This document shows positions 20,402 to 32,050 of a DNA stretch of 64,000 nucleotides, in pieces. The position numbers were made by a program, and so were the translations under genes. Source of the stretch: Candidatus Marinacidobacterales bacterium (GTDB taxonomy: Bacteria; Acidobacteriota; Vicinamibacteria; Marinacidobacterales; DATDRI01); NCBI GenBank assembly GCA_965226495.1, contig OZ245365.1, forward strand, positions 6,208,001 through 6,272,000, given 5' to 3'. The notes below the pieces were generated by a model. The model made no database searches. It was not told where the DNA came from and saw only the letters and a program-made list of their open reading frames with translations. Position 1 is the stretch's first letter. The number at the start of each line of letters is the position of its first letter.

Positions 20402-20833
20402 TCAGACTTGGAAGCTACCATGCTGGGCGCGACCCCGAACTAACTTTCGAATGTGTCGCTTGTCGTAGTATCGTCCGATACCGATACCAGGACAGTGCTC
20501 TCGCGCCGTGTTCCACTGTGAACGAGTAGCGATTGGCGAGTCTTTGCCCGGCGTGAAGGGGAAGTTCCGGCACTGCGTCGGCCGCACGTCGTAGATCCCA
20601 CAGCCCTTCGTTCTCGGATCCAGGAATACGCAGGTGCCCGAAGCCTCCGATAGAACGCGATGGTCGCCACGTTCCTCAATCGCCCACGCAACCCCAGCCT
20701 TCTGCAACCGACCCACATCGCGCTTGCTCAAAAAGACGCCCTCGACGTCACCCTTGCCGAACATTGACTGTGAGCAGCAGTGACCGCAGTCTGGTTGGCA
20801 CTCGAATCTCAAACCTTTCTTAATCCATCTCAT
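20402..20833 (-). CDS. YkgJ-family cysteine cluster protein
   Basis: CQPDCGHCC, CVFLD, CGIYDVRPTQCRNFPF, CPGIG. Confidence 0.85.
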   Translation of the reverse strand: MRWIKKGLRFECQPDCGHCCSQSMFGKGDVEGVFLSKRDVGRLQKAGVAWAIEERGDHRVLSEASGTCVFLDPRTKGCGIYDVRPTQCRNFPFTPGKDSPIATRSQWNTAREHCPGIGIGRYYDKRHIRKLVRGRAQHGSFQV

Positions 20834-20920
20834 TCCATGTACCGCGCAGTCGCCGCTCGGAGCTCCCGACTCGGACCCCTCATTCGTCCTCTTGCGCTCC
20901 GACTGGCATGAACAGCATCC

Positions 20921-21019
20921 AAATAACGAACCGGGGAGTTGCGGCCGGGGGCCGGGCAAAAGAGACAGACTACAGCTAATGCAGTGCGCCCGGCCGTCAG
21001 CTTCAATGGCGCGTTAGAA
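20921..21019 (-). other. Putative integron attC site
   Basis: Minus strand TTCTAAC overlapping the stop codon, GC-rich imperfect palindrome, CGTTATTT at the distal end. Confidence 0.6.
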
Positions 21020-21325
21020 TGCCCCCTGCCACATGCCGTCGTCATATGACTCCATCGTGGTTTTTAGCCGCTCATAGAGATGGTCGAGTTCCTTTTGGAG
21101 CTTCTTGTCATCCGTGTGATTTGCTTCCGCCGCGATGTAGCCAATTATCTCATCCAGATCATCCAGAGTCAGCTTAACGATGAGTTTCTTACCTTTGACC
21201 ACCGCCATCCGTAGAGGTCCAGTGACCTCGGGCCCACCCATCGCATGCTCCAGTATGAGACTCCTTTGCCGTGGTGTAATGGCGACTTCAATGGGTTGGC
21301 CGTATTCGATCTTCTGTCGGTTCAT
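21014..21325 (-). CDS. Hypothetical protein, integron-cassette-like
   Basis: 103-aa ORF bounded by GTTAGAA upstream and the complementary TTCTAAC at the stop. Confidence 0.65.
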   Translation of the reverse strand: MNRQKIEYGQPIEVAITPRQRSLILEHAMGGPEVTGPLRMAVVKGKKLIVKLTLDDLDEIIGYIAAEANHTDDKKLQKELDHLYERLKTTMESYDDGMWQGAF

Positions 21326-21475
21326 GATTTGCTGAGACTTCGGGTCGTTCTAACGTTCTACCGCCTAAGTATTGTATCTGGCGCACGGGGAACCAGAAAG
21401 AGGTAGGCAGGTAACTCGCGTTACAGTGATTCCCATGGCGTGAACCGCCCCGGGTTTTCCAGGAGACTGTTTTAG

Positions 21476-22984
21476 CCCTAATCGCAAAAAAAAGAGAGCA
21501 AAGTAGCGCGAAAGTATTGACAAAGGAGCCTCTGGGTTTATGTTTGGAGCGTTGCTTCCAAACATAACACCAAACGACCAGAGGCCCCTATAGTGCGCTT
21601 GAAACTATCTCGATTTCGCCGGAACTTCAACAAGGATCTTCCGATCGAGTTCACAGAGCAGAACCTGAGCTCGTTTGGTGGACTGGAACTGTTTTCACGA
21701 TATTTGCGCCGCGTTGAGCTAAGCCGCCGGGTAGGAAAGGCGTGCAGAGGAAAAGGCATTCGGTCGGACTACGGGAGCGTCCGACTGGTTCTGGTGTTGG
21801 TTGGGATACTGCTCGTGGGAGCTCGTCGTCTAGAGCACCTGCAGTATGTCTGTGATGACCCGATGCTGCTTCGCTTCTGTGGGTTGAGAAGACTACCGAG
21901 CCGTCCGACGATCGTGAATTGGCTGAAGCAATTCACGGGAGAGCGGCTCAAGGGCCTATCGGAGTTGAACGGTGTATTGGTCCACGAGCAGATCGAGCGA
22001 TTGGGTCTGAACCGTCTGACGGTAGATATGGACGGCACCGTGGTTCAGGCAGGCAATCAGGTTGGATGGGCGTTTCGAGGATTCAATCCTCATCGCAAGA
22101 AGAATAAAAGTTACTACCCTTTGTTCGCTCACCTGGCTCAGACGGGCCAGATTCTCAAATCCAGAAATCGTCCTGGCAACGTTCACGACTCCAAGGGTGC
22201 CGATGCGTTTCTACGGGAACTGATAGGCGAGCTACGGGGCCAGTTCGGTCGGTCCCGAAAGCTGGAATTCCGCACGGACGCCGCGTTTTTCAACGAAAAG
22301 ATTCTCAAGAGGCTAGAGCGCTCCCGAAGCGAGTTCGCGATCAAGGCTCCGTTCTGGCCGTGGCTCGGCCTAAAGGAGGTCGTCGCTGGGCGCAAGCGAT
22401 GGCACCGCGTGAGTGACGAAATCGACGGCTTCTCCATCAAACACTTCATCGAGCCCTGGAATATCACCGTCCGGATCGCGATCTATCGGAAGCGAGTTCG
22501 ACATCGAACGGCGAAGAACTTCCAGCTCGACCTGTTTTCTCCAGACGACGGCTACTTCGAGTACTCAGCCGTCGCCACCAACAAATCGCTCACCGTCCAA
22601 CGCCTTTGGTACTTCGCTGCTGGGCGAGGCGGCCAAGAGAAAACCTTCGCCGAATTGCGCAGCCAGTTCGCTCTCGACGTCGTGCCCACTAAAAGCTATG
22701 CCGCCAATAGCGCCTGGCAACAGTTGAACGTGCTCGCACACAACCTGTGTCGCAGCTTTCAGCTCGACACCATCGCTGAAACGAAAGGCATCTCTCGAAA
22801 GCGTACATGCACCCATCTGCTGCACACCATCCGCACCATCCCCTTCCGCATCATCAACAAAGCCGGCCGCCTCGTTCGCGTTAGTGGTCGAAACGCGCTC
22901 CGAATGGCCACAAACTCCTCCACTCAGACACTCTTTGAAAGAATCGAACTCGCGCTAGCGTCATGAATTATTGTTCGATTAGGG
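21476..22984 (+). mobile_element. IS1380-family element, transposase 21593-22966
   Basis: TIR CCCTAATCG; TTAG TSD; SSFGGL, VDMDGT, RPGNVH, RTDAAF. Confidence 0.9.
21517..21544 (+). promoter_or_regulatory. Putative IS1380 transposase promoter
   Basis: TTGACA-N16-TATGTT. Confidence 0.4.
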
Positions 22985-23044
22985 TTAGTTGAGTCTCGCC
23001 ATCTATGTCGAATCCTAGAGGCGTTCTCAAAACTCGCGGAGACC

Positions 23045-23455
23045 TGTGCCTTCTATTTATTGATCCGCGCGCACCGAACTTGATTAGTCTCCGGTCTGCC
23101 GGCACTATGCCTGCATGATTTCGTCGTTGGTTCCCGCTCTCATCTCTGCCTTCAAGGCTCGTCGCGAGCTGGCTCTCGAGAATGTCGCTCTTCGGCAGCA
23201 GCTCGCCGTCCTCCGCCGTTCAGTGAAACGGACGCGGCTCTCGAATGTCGACCGCGAGTTTTGGGTGCTGTTGCGCAGAATCTGGACTGACTGGGAGAGC
23301 GTCCTAGTCATCGTGAAACCTGAGACGGTCATCCGCTGGCACCGTTGTGGGTTCAGACGATATTGGACTTGGAAGAGCCGACGGCGTAGGCCCGGACGAC
23401 CAGGCGTCGCTCCCGAAATACGTGAGCTGATACGGAACATAAGCAGGGCCAACCC
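23045..23455 (+). mobile_element. A end plus 5' part of its cognate rve transposase (starts 23115), cut by an inverted B end at 23456
   Basis: LENVALRQQL, VKPETVIRWHR, RPGRP; homologous to the ORF at 13502. Confidence 0.85.
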
Positions 23456-23626
23456 CGTCCTGTGCCAAAACTCGGCCCTCTTGAAATAGACCACAAATCA
23501 GCAGCTTAGACGCCCTTGGAATCCGCCGACCCTTGGGCTGCGTGGCGAGCTACGGGCAGCGGACTTCGCACCCGGAAGTCCCTCATTAGACTGGACTTTA
23601 TCGAGCACAAGAGCGAACGTTCGGTG

Positions 23627-24064
23627 ATGCCGCAGGATACAGGGGTTGGCCGGAACGTCGTTCTGGACGGTTTGGACTTCGCCAGCTTACGGCGGGTCTG
23701 GGAGCAAACGTTTGGGGCTGCTCCCCCACGCTCGCTCTCTCGCGTTTTCATGCGCCGCGTTCTTGCGTACGAACGCCAGTGCCGGACCCTTGGCTGGCAT
23801 TCGGCCACAACCCGGCGCGCTCTGGCTGCCATGGCGAACGGGACGCCAGGCAACGGCGCCGCCGCTCCCGCAGGGTCCGTTTCTGCCGGCACCCATCTCG
23901 TCCGCGAGTGGAATGGCCGGACCTACCAGGTCGAGATACTCGACAACGGCTATCGGTTCGATGGCAAAACCTATCCGTCCCTCACTACCATCGCAAAGCG
24001 AATCACCGGCACCCACTGGTCTGGACCACGCTTTTTCGGTCTGACGCCCAAGCGCAAGGCCTAA
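23627..24064 (+). CDS. DUF2924 domain protein
   Basis: GTHLVREWNG, YPSLTTIAKRITGTHWSGPRFFGL. Confidence 0.9.
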   Translation: MPQDTGVGRNVVLDGLDFASLRRVWEQTFGAAPPRSLSRVFMRRVLAYERQCRTLGWHSATTRRALAAMANGTPGNGAAAPAGSVSAGTHLVREWNGRTYQVEILDNGYRFDGKTYPSLTTIAKRITGTHWSGPRFFGLTPKRKA

Positions 24065-24065
24065 C

Positions 24066-25726
24066 ATGAAGAAAATCCGCTGTGCCATCTATACGCGAAA
24101 GAGCGCGGAAGAAGGTCTCGAGCAGGATTTCAACTCCCTCGATGCGCAGCGAGAAGCCTGCGCCGCGTATGTCGCGAGCCAGAAAGCGGAGGCCTGGGTG
24201 CTGCTGCCAACCGTCTACGAAGACGCGGGGCTCTCGGGAGGAACCCTAGAGCGCCCGGGCCTGCAGCGCTTGCTCGCCGACATCGATGCCGGTCTCGTCG
24301 AGCAGATTGTGGTCTACAAGGTCGACCGGCTGACCCGTTGCCTTCCGACTTTGCGAAGCTCGTCGAGCGGCTCGAGGCGGCCGGCGCGGTTTTCGTCTCG
24401 GTGACTCAGTCCTTCAACACCGCGACCAGCATGGGACGACTGACGCTGCATATGCTGCTGTCCTTCGCACAATTCGAACGCGAGGTCACGGCCGAGCGGA
24501 TCCGCGATAAGATCGCTGCCTCCAAGCGCAGGGGACTATGGATGGGCGGCCGCGTGCCGCTCGGCTATGAGAAGGACGAGCGCACGCTGTGCATCAACGA
24601 GGCTGAGGCCAAAACAGTCCGGACGCTCTATGCGCTGTACCGGAAGCACGGAACGCTCCGGCAGGTGAAGGCCGAGGCGGACCGTCTGAGACTGCGCACC
24701 AAGCAACGCTTCGCCGCGGATGGAACCCGGACAGGCGGGCTGCCGTTCCGTCGCGGACACCTCCACTGCCTGCTGACCAATCCTCTCTACGCCGGCCGCA
24801 TCCGGCACCAGAGGCGTGTCTACGAGGGCCAGCATCCATCGATCATTGCTCCCGAGCTCTGGGACGCGGTCCAGGCGCAGCTGCAGGCAGGGGCTGCCAA
24901 ACCAAGGAGACGCACGACGAAGGGCCGTGCAGTCCGTTCCCCGCTGGCCGGCAAGCTCTTCGACGAGACCGGGGACCGGCTGACGCCGAGCCACACCAAA
25001 AAGAAAAACGGGCAACGGCTCCGCTACTACGTCTCCCGGCGCCTCATCCAGCACAGTGGCCAAAAGGACCTCTCCGGCTGGCGCCTGCCCGCCCCGATGC
25101 TGGAACAGACCGTCGTGCATCTCATCCGACAGCATGTGGATGCTACGACCTCCCCGGCCTCGTTGATCCATGCTCCGACGATGCAAGAGCTCGCCTCGGT
25201 GCGTCGCTTTTTAGACGGGCTGTGTTCCGGTAGCAAGAATGATAGTGCCTCGGCAGCCCCCCTGCTCCGTCTTATCCGGCGGGTCGACATCAGCCCCGGC
25301 TCTGTGTCCATCCTGCTCGACCGCAATACGTTCGCTGCTTGCCTCTCTATGGAGCCCGAGCGCATTCGCGAGGATGCACTCCGCATCCACGCACCGTTCC
25401 GCTTGCGTCGACGCGGCGTCGAGACCAAGCTCGTTCTGGGCAACCCCACGAAATCCGTCGACCGCACACTCCTGCGCAATATCGCCAACGCCCTCTCCTG
25501 GCTCGACCGAATCAAAGCAGGCAAAACCTATGAGCAGATTGCCACCGAAGACGCCATCCCAACGGACCGCGTGCGCAAGGCAATCCGCTATGCCTTCCTG
25601 GCTCCCGACATCGTCCGCGCCATTGTCGAAGGCCGCCAGCCCGTTGGGCTGACCTCGAGCTACCTCTTGCATCATCCGCTTCCCGACGATTGGGAGAAAC
25701 AGCGAGTGCTCGTCAAAACGCTGTGA
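24066..25726 (+). pseudogene. Large serine recombinase, frameshifted near 24340
   Basis: CAIYTRKS, VYKVDRLTR, FAQFEREVTAERIRDK, split across two ORFs. Confidence 0.9.
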
Positions 25727-26004
25727 GCCTGCCAGCGCCCACTCCGTGAATCGGCTCGGTTAGCAGCAAGCTGCTCTCCGACACTGGCCTCCACCAATCA
25801 GCCTCAAACTGGCCCAAATTCCCTGTCATGGTTTCCAGACTCGGATAGCTCCTTGTACTTGGACCGTCTGCGGAGTCATCTTCGTTTCCTCCGTAAAACT
25901 CCGCTGGATGAATTCGAGGTTTGGCCAATTCGAATTCCGCTATTCGCCTTCTCCTCAGGCGCGATCTAGGCGTAGAGCGTCTTCTCATTGTCTGCGCGAT
26001 TAAG

Positions 26005-27090
26005 TGCCTTGGTGCACAACTCGCGATCTCGGTCCACAATTGTCCTGTACTCGCGGATACGAGGTCCCCATGAGCATTTTCAAACGCACTCAGCGGAAGT
26101 ATGTGAAGAAGGCCTATCGCGTGAGGAATTGGCGTGAATATGAGGCGGGTCTACGCAACCGCGGGAGCCTGACCGTCTGGATCTCGCTCACCGCCGGCAA
26201 GCTTGTGAACTGGGACGCGCCCCGGCCAAGGAGGAGGAAACCGGGCCGTCAACGCAAGTACTCGAACCACGCCATCGAGACGGCTGTCACCCTGGGCATG
26301 GTGTTTCATCTGTCATCTAGGCAGAGCGAGGGATTGCTGCGGTCGTTGTTCGCTCTGATGAAGCTAGACAATGATGTGCCCGATCACACCACGATCTCGA
26401 GGCGCAAGGCGAAGCTGGGTAAGGTCCCCTTCTACCAAGACAAGCAGAAGACGCCGTTGCACATCTTGATCGACAGCAGCGGTCTCGCTGTCCACGCCAG
26501 CCAGCTGCGCAGAGCACCAAAGAGCAGGGACTATCGCAAGCTCCATCTGTGTGTCGACGAGCAGAGTGGCGAAGTCGTCGCCGGCGAGCTGACGAGCAAA
26601 AGAGCCCGCGATTCATCGCGGGTTGCATCGCTTGTCGGACAGATCGACAGTCCCATCTCATCGGCCAGAGCTGACACCGCATACGACGCCAGCGGCGTCT
26701 ATGAGGCAATCGAGAATCACAGCGCTCATCGCTCGCCGAGGGTGCTGATACCGCCGCGCAAGGGCGCCCTGCTCGCATCGGGGCCGGCGAGCAGCCGACA
26801 GCGCAATCGCAACATTGCAGCACAAGCTCGGCTCGGCAAACGAAAGTGGCACACAGAATCGGGCTACAGCAAACGGAGCAAAGTCGAGACAACGTTCCAT
26901 CGCTACAAGGCTATCGTGGGCTCAGCGATGCGAGCGAGAGGGTTGGCGGCACAGAGAGTTGAGGCAAGGATCGGGTGCAAGATTCTCAACACCATGACGG
27001 CGCTCGGGATGCCTGATAGCGAGATGATCGGATGATGGGAGTCGGGGCCAAGCGAGCTCTCGGCCTCTATCGGAGTTATGCACCAAGGCA
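26005..27090 (+). mobile_element. IS5-family (IS903-like) element, transposase 26070-27035
   Basis: TIR TGCCTTGGTGCA; NWREY...RGSLTVW, IDSSG, ADTAYD, RSKVET. Confidence 0.88.
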
Positions 27091-27558
27091 ACTCATCGTC
27101 GGTTGGCGAGCGACGACATCGTTGACTGCCGGCATCGCTCTCGATGCGTTGGAGCAGGCGCTGCACGAGCGCCGACTAAACCCAGAAGATACATTGGTGC
27201 ATCACAGCGATCGCGCGTGCAGTACGTCTCGATCCGTTACACCGAGCGGCTCGCCGAGGCGGGTATTGAGCCGTCCGTCAGCAGCCGAGGCGACTCTTAC
27301 GATAACGCTTTGGCTGAATCCATCATCGGCCTCTACAAGACCGAGGTGATCCGTCGACGCGGGCCCTGGCGTGGTCCTGAGGACGTCGAGTTCGCCACCC
27401 TCGAGTGGGTGCATTGGTACAACACGCAACGACTCTTGGAGCCGATCGGAAATGTCTCCCCCATCGAGTACGAGATGAACTACTATCGGTCGCAGGAAGG
27501 CTCGCTAGAGATGGCGAGACTCAACTAAAACAGTCTCCGGAAAACCCGGGGCGGTTCA
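27091..27558 (+). mobile_element. IS3-family orfB 3' fragment with right TIR
   Basis: HHSDR, GDSYDNALAES, WVHWYN; ends GGGGCGGTTCA. Confidence 0.85.
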
Positions 27559-27874
27559 AAACGGTTAGCAGGCAATTCCCTGTTCCGGAAGAACAGGGAA
27601 TTTGAGATGGGCGATCCGGGAATCGCTCTAGAAAGAATAGGGACTTGAGATGACCGATCCAGGGACTTGTCATGAGCAATCACGTGACGATTCAATTCGA
27701 GCCAGGAGCAGCATCCCATACTCTAGCGCGAGTAGCCGGAAGTAGTTTTCACCCAGGGCGATGTTCTTGAAGGCGGCGTCGCTTGCGTGTCCGATTGTGA
27801 GGAAAAATCTTCGTCCCTCGGTGTTACAATCCAGCGCGGGTTTGTTGTTGATTGTCCACCACAAAGCACGGTTG

Positions 27875-28075
27875 GGGCATCCCGGCGGCGGTTGCCGGAT
27901 GGGAACGGATCCGGAGGAGAGCGTCTGCGACAGCTACGGACGGACTCATGATCACGAGAACCTCTTTGTCGTCGGTCCCCCGACGATGCCCGCCGGCGGA
28001 TACACCAACGGAATACTGACGTTGGTTGCTTTAAGCCTACGTTCGGCTCCGAAGATGGCAGAGACGTTGAGCTAG
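27875..28075 (+). pseudogene. GMC oxidoreductase C-terminal fragment
   Basis: HPGGGCRMGTDP..SVCD.YGRTHDHENLFVVG. Confidence 0.75.
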
Positions 28076-28078
28076 TTC

Positions 28079-29710
28079 ATGCGAACCACGTGGGTGACTC
28101 TCGCGACGGCCCTGGCCTTGAATGCGGCCGATGGGGTCGCGGCCTCTGAGTACTCCGAGCTTGTCGTGATCTATGGCGACATCGGTACCGCGCGGTCTCC
28201 CAAATGGGTCGATGGATTGCCGGATCCGAGTCCGGAAACGCTCTCCACGGACCGGCGTCAGTACGAAGAGCTTCGAAAGCGATTGGCCGCCATCGATCCG
28301 ACCGGTTGGCCGGCGGCTCGCAAGATCGACTACCTCCTCGTCCGGTCTCTTCTGAACGGATGGGATTTCGAATATCGCGTCGTGCGAAATCCGTCTCGCA
28401 ATCCCGGTCACTACCTCGTCGGGATTCAGGGTATTGCTTATACCGAGCTTCCTCTCGACGAGAAAAAGCTCGCCGGAATTCGCATGAAGCTGCGCGCGAT
28501 TCCCCGGGTCTTGGAGCAGGGAAAGAAGAATCTCCATGAGAGGTCGCCGGCCCTATCGTGGATCACGATTGGGAATCTGGAGCTCGACATCGGAGTCCCT
28601 CATGGTGAGCCGCGGCGAGACGTGCCGCCTCCGGGGACGATTGGTTGGTTCCGAGATCTCGAGGAACGACTAGGGAAACATCATCCGGAGCTCGTGCCGG
28701 ACGCCGAGGCGGCGCGGGCTGCACTCGAAGGCTACCGGGATTGGCTGAGGAAGGATCCGGGCCGGGCGGACGAGCATCCCGGAGTTGGGCGCGTCGAGTT
28801 CGACTGGTACTTGAAACATGCCCGACTGATTCCGTTTACCGCCGAAGAGATACTTGCGTTTGCAACCCACGAGCTGAAGCGGATGCAGGCGATGCTAGCT
28901 TGGGAGCGGCATCGGAACCGGAAACTACCCGAGCTCGAGCCGGTGGGATCGACAGAAGAATATGCCCGTCGAAAAGAAGACGCAGAGCGGCATATTCGAA
29001 CCTTTCTCGTCGAGGACGACATTCTTACCGTTCCCGAGGACGTCGGGGATTTCACCGAGGCGCGGGAGCAAAGCCGCCCTTGGTTCGCTCGCCCCAGCGG
29101 AAAGCGAAACCTCTGGGAGGAGATCCAATACCGGGACCCGCGACCCGATCTGCTTCATACGGTTATACCGGGCCATGCATTCGACGATCGGGTTCGAAAG
29201 GGGCCCACCCCGATTCGCGAGAACTTCCGCGACCGGGCGGGAAGGGAAGGCTGGACCCTTTATGCTCAGGAGATGCTGTTACGCACGGGTTTTCTGGATC
29301 ATCTGCCCCGCACGCGTGAGCTCATGGTCAACTTCCTCATAGCACGGTCGGCGCGGGCGATTGTGAACGTGAAGCTTCAGCTCAACGAGTTCTCGATCGA
29401 AGAGGCCGTCGATTTCCTTTCTGAGAACGTGCCGTTCAACGCGAAAGACAGCTACCGTATCGATGCCGAGTTCTATGACATGTTGCGGCGGCCCACTTAC
29501 GCCATCAACTGGTATGTGGGCAAGGTGCAGATCGACCGGCTGGTGGCCGACCGCTCTCGCCAACTGGGAGCGGAGTTCGACTTACGGCAGTTCCACGATG
29601 CGTTTCTCGCTTCGGGTGCGATTCCGGTCGCTCTCGTTCGCTGGGCGATGACGGGATTCGACGATGAGATTCAACCCTTGTGGAACGTCGAAACGAGCCC
29701 CAATAGGTAA
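28079..29710 (+). CDS. DUF885-family exported protein
   Basis: Signal peptide; HTVIPGH, EGWTLY, FDLRQFHDAFL. Confidence 0.8.
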   Translation: MRTTWVTLATALALNAADGVAASEYSELVVIYGDIGTARSPKWVDGLPDPSPETLSTDRRQYEELRKRLAAIDPTGWPAARKIDYLLVRSLLNGWDFEYRVVRNPSRNPGHYLVGIQGIAYTELPLDEKKLAGIRMKLRAIPRVLEQGKKNLHERSPALSWITIGNLELDIGVPHGEPRRDVPPPGTIGWFRDLEERLGKHHPELVPDAEAARAALEGYRDWLRKDPGRADEHPGVGRVEFDWYLKHARLIPFTAEEILAFATHELKRMQAMLAWERHRNRKLPELEPVGSTEEYARRKEDAERHIRTFLVEDDILTVPEDVGDFTEAREQSRPWFARPSGKRNLWEEIQYRDPRPDLLHTVIPGHAFDDRVRKGPTPIRENFRDRAGREGWTLYAQEMLLRTGFLDHLPRTRELMVNFLIARSARAIVNVKLQLNEFSIEEAVDFLSENVPFNAKDSYRIDAEFYDMLRRPTYAINWYVGKVQIDRLVADRSRQLGAEFDLRQFHDAFLASGAIPVALVRWAMTGFDDEIQPLWNVETSPNR

Positions 29711-29835
29711 TTTCTTAGAAAGCTGTGAGCGGGTACTAATCGTACAAAAATGCCGTGAAGATTTCGACGATATTGGATCACATCGACAGTGGGCACATGG
29801 CGCTCCCGGAATTCCAGGGCGGTTATGTCTGGAAC

Positions 29836-30002
29836 GGTGCTTGCGCTGTTTACTGTTGGTGATGTGTACGTATCCCGTTGCAAAAGAGTCGCTTACGCTC
29901 TATTTAGCGCGCAGCGAAGGTCATGAGCTGCTATTTTGGCTGTAACTTAATGCACCGTAACGTCTTAGCGTGATCTCACCAACACTTAATGGCGGAAGCA
30001 CC
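29836..30002 (-). mobile_element. D-family IS1-derived MITE, copy 2
   Basis: Reverse complement of 12832-12997. Confidence 0.88.
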
Positions 30003-30485
30003 CGAGCATGCCGGAACGGATGTCGTTCGGCTGCCGTACCGTTCTCCGAATCTGAACGCTTACGTCGAAAGGTTTGTGTTGTCGATCAAGAGCGAGTGCC
30101 TGGAGCGGACGATCTTCTTCGGTGAGCAATCGCTGCGCCGGGCCGTCGCTGAGTTCATCCATCATTATCATGGAGAACGCAACCGTCAAGGGCTCGGGGA
30201 CGCGTTGATCGAAGCGGAAGAATGCGTCGGCAGTCCCCACGGGAACGTGCGATGTTGTAAGCGATTGGGCGGCTTGCTCAGTTATTATCACCGCGCCGCC
30301 GCATAGGAGTTCGGGCGCGCAAGCTGGACGGAACGGATGGTCTGGAGTAGAGGTCTGCTCGCGATCGCCTATCGCAGACCCAGTGCCGCGTCGGCTGGTT
30401 CCCGCAAATTTCGAGAACGCCTCTAGGATTCGAGCTTTCCCGTCGTGTCCAAAAACATAAACGAACTCAAGACCGGCGCGCCGGG
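30003..30485 (+). mobile_element. rve transposase C-terminal fragment, its downstream region and a C end
   Basis: SPNLNAYVERF, RLGGLLSYYHRAAA; 30298-30438 repeated at 61170-61310; C end at 30441. Confidence 0.8.
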
Positions 30486-30608
30486 ACGTTTCGGATTAGA
30501 GGTGGTCCTGGACATGCGAGCGAAACTTCCCGTATAAGGTGGGCATTGCTCGGGGCTGGTTGGCTTCGACAGTGACCTTCTTGTTTCAACTCATTTGTGG
30601 AGGCAGTC

Positions 30609-31019
30609 ATGGAACGTATGTTGGGTAAATTCTCACCGCAGATCTACGCGCTCTTTCGAATCGTCGCTGGCTTTCTCTTTGCATGCCATGGAGCGCAGAA
30701 ATTATTCGGCGTGCTGGGCGGTTTTGGTGGAGAGCCAGGCAACACCGCGGCATTGTTCTCCATGATGGGCTTGGCTGGTGTGATCGAGTTCGGTGGCGGT
30801 GTTTTCATCATGCTCGGCTTCTTCACCGGCTGGGTGGCTTTTGTCTGCAGTGGTCAGATGGCTGCTGCTTATTTCATGGCCCACGCGGGCAACACCCTTT
30901 TTCCGATACAAAACCGGGGTGAACTATCAATGCTTTATGCCTTCCTGTTCCTTTTCATGGCTGCCCGAGGCTCGGGGATATGGAGCATCGATGCCCTGCG
31001 GGGAACTGCAGACAAATAG
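30609..31019 (+). CDS. DoxX family membrane protein
   Basis: RIVAGFLFACHGAQKLFG, NRGEL, GSGIWSID. Confidence 0.9.
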   Translation: MERMLGKFSPQIYALFRIVAGFLFACHGAQKLFGVLGGFGGEPGNTAALFSMMGLAGVIEFGGGVFIMLGFFTGWVAFVCSGQMAAAYFMAHAGNTLFPIQNRGELSMLYAFLFLFMAARGSGIWSIDALRGTADK

Positions 31020-31175
31020 GGAGCGCCGGCAACTGCGGACGCCGCCGAGAATCGACGCTTCCAGCGTCAAGCTGTCGGGCTGGTGAGTGACGACGACTCG
31101 CCGCCAAGGGATTCATAGAGCGCCATTTGCCCGCCATAGGAGGCCAGGCGAACGACGAGCCGGGCGACCAGGTAG

Positions 31176-31920
31176 CTTATGGTGCAAAAACTCAGCCGGT
31201 CATCTTCCGCAGCGGTAAGTGACTTCCGCTACGATGCTTGCGATGAGCACATTTGTCTCGCCACAAATCTTCCTGGTCTTGCTCCTGGCCGGTTGGCTGA
31301 ACCAGGAGCAGCAGAAGATCCTCGAGTATCTGCAGGAGGAGAACCGTGTTTTGAAGGTGCAGCTCGGTCAGCGGTTAGGCTTGAGCGACGAGCAGCGTCG
31401 ACGGCTCTCGGCGAAGGGGAAAGAGCTTGGACGGAAACTCCTCGCGGAAGTGGCAACTCTGGTCACCCCGGATACGATCCTCCGATGGCACCGTGAGCTC
31501 ATCGCGAGGAAAGGACGTACCCTCGTTGTCAAACGGGGCGTCCGCCCATCTCGTTGGAAATCGAGGAGTTGGTCGTGCGCATGGCCAAGTCGAGCCCGTC
31601 TTGGGGCTACGACCGAATCCAAGGAGCTATGGCCAACTTCGGCCACAAGATCGCGCCGAACACGGTAAAGCGGATCTTGAAGGATCACGGTATCGAACCG
31701 GCTGTGCTCCGCAAAAAGTCGATCCAGTGGTACGCGATCTTCCTTTTTTGGAATCACAGGGCTCGTGGACCCAGCTCCACGCGGTACTCTGGGCCGCGAG
31801 GCGCTGGCCCAGATTGCGTCCGTTGCCACACCCGCTACGCTTCTACGCTGGTACCGCGCTACCTCATCGCAGCCAAGTACGATGGCACCAAGAACCGGAG
31901 CCCAGGCGACCTCCGACGGT
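31176..31920 (+). mobile_element. Degraded rve transposase fragments with a 56-bp E-family MITE at 31703-31758
   Basis: [29 protein letters not shown]; 31800-31920 resembles the reverse complement of 56690-56810. Confidence 0.75.
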
Positions 31921-31931
31921 AGGAGTGCGGC

Positions 31932-32050
31932 ATGAGGTCGTCCATGCGCAGCCCGCGACGTTTTCGAGGGGCCCTGCTCGGGCTGGCGGTCGGTGACGCT
32001 GTCGGGACGATCGTGGAATTCCAGCTACGCGGACAGTTCAATCCACACGT
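31932..32050 (+). pseudogene. ADP-ribosylglycohydrolase N-terminal fragment
   Basis: RFRGALLGLAVGDAVG..VEF. Confidence 0.65.

Larger units (their letters stand above)
21441..23005 (-). mobile_element. IS3-family right end interrupted by IS1380
   Basis: 21441-21475 plus 22985-23005 match the reverse complement of 27508-27558. Confidence 0.8.

Noticed and set aside
30552-30572. tmRNA-like 5' end GGGGCTGGTTGGCTTCGAC
   Set aside because: No matching 3' acceptor/T-arm or tag frame nearby; DoxX starts about 40 bp later
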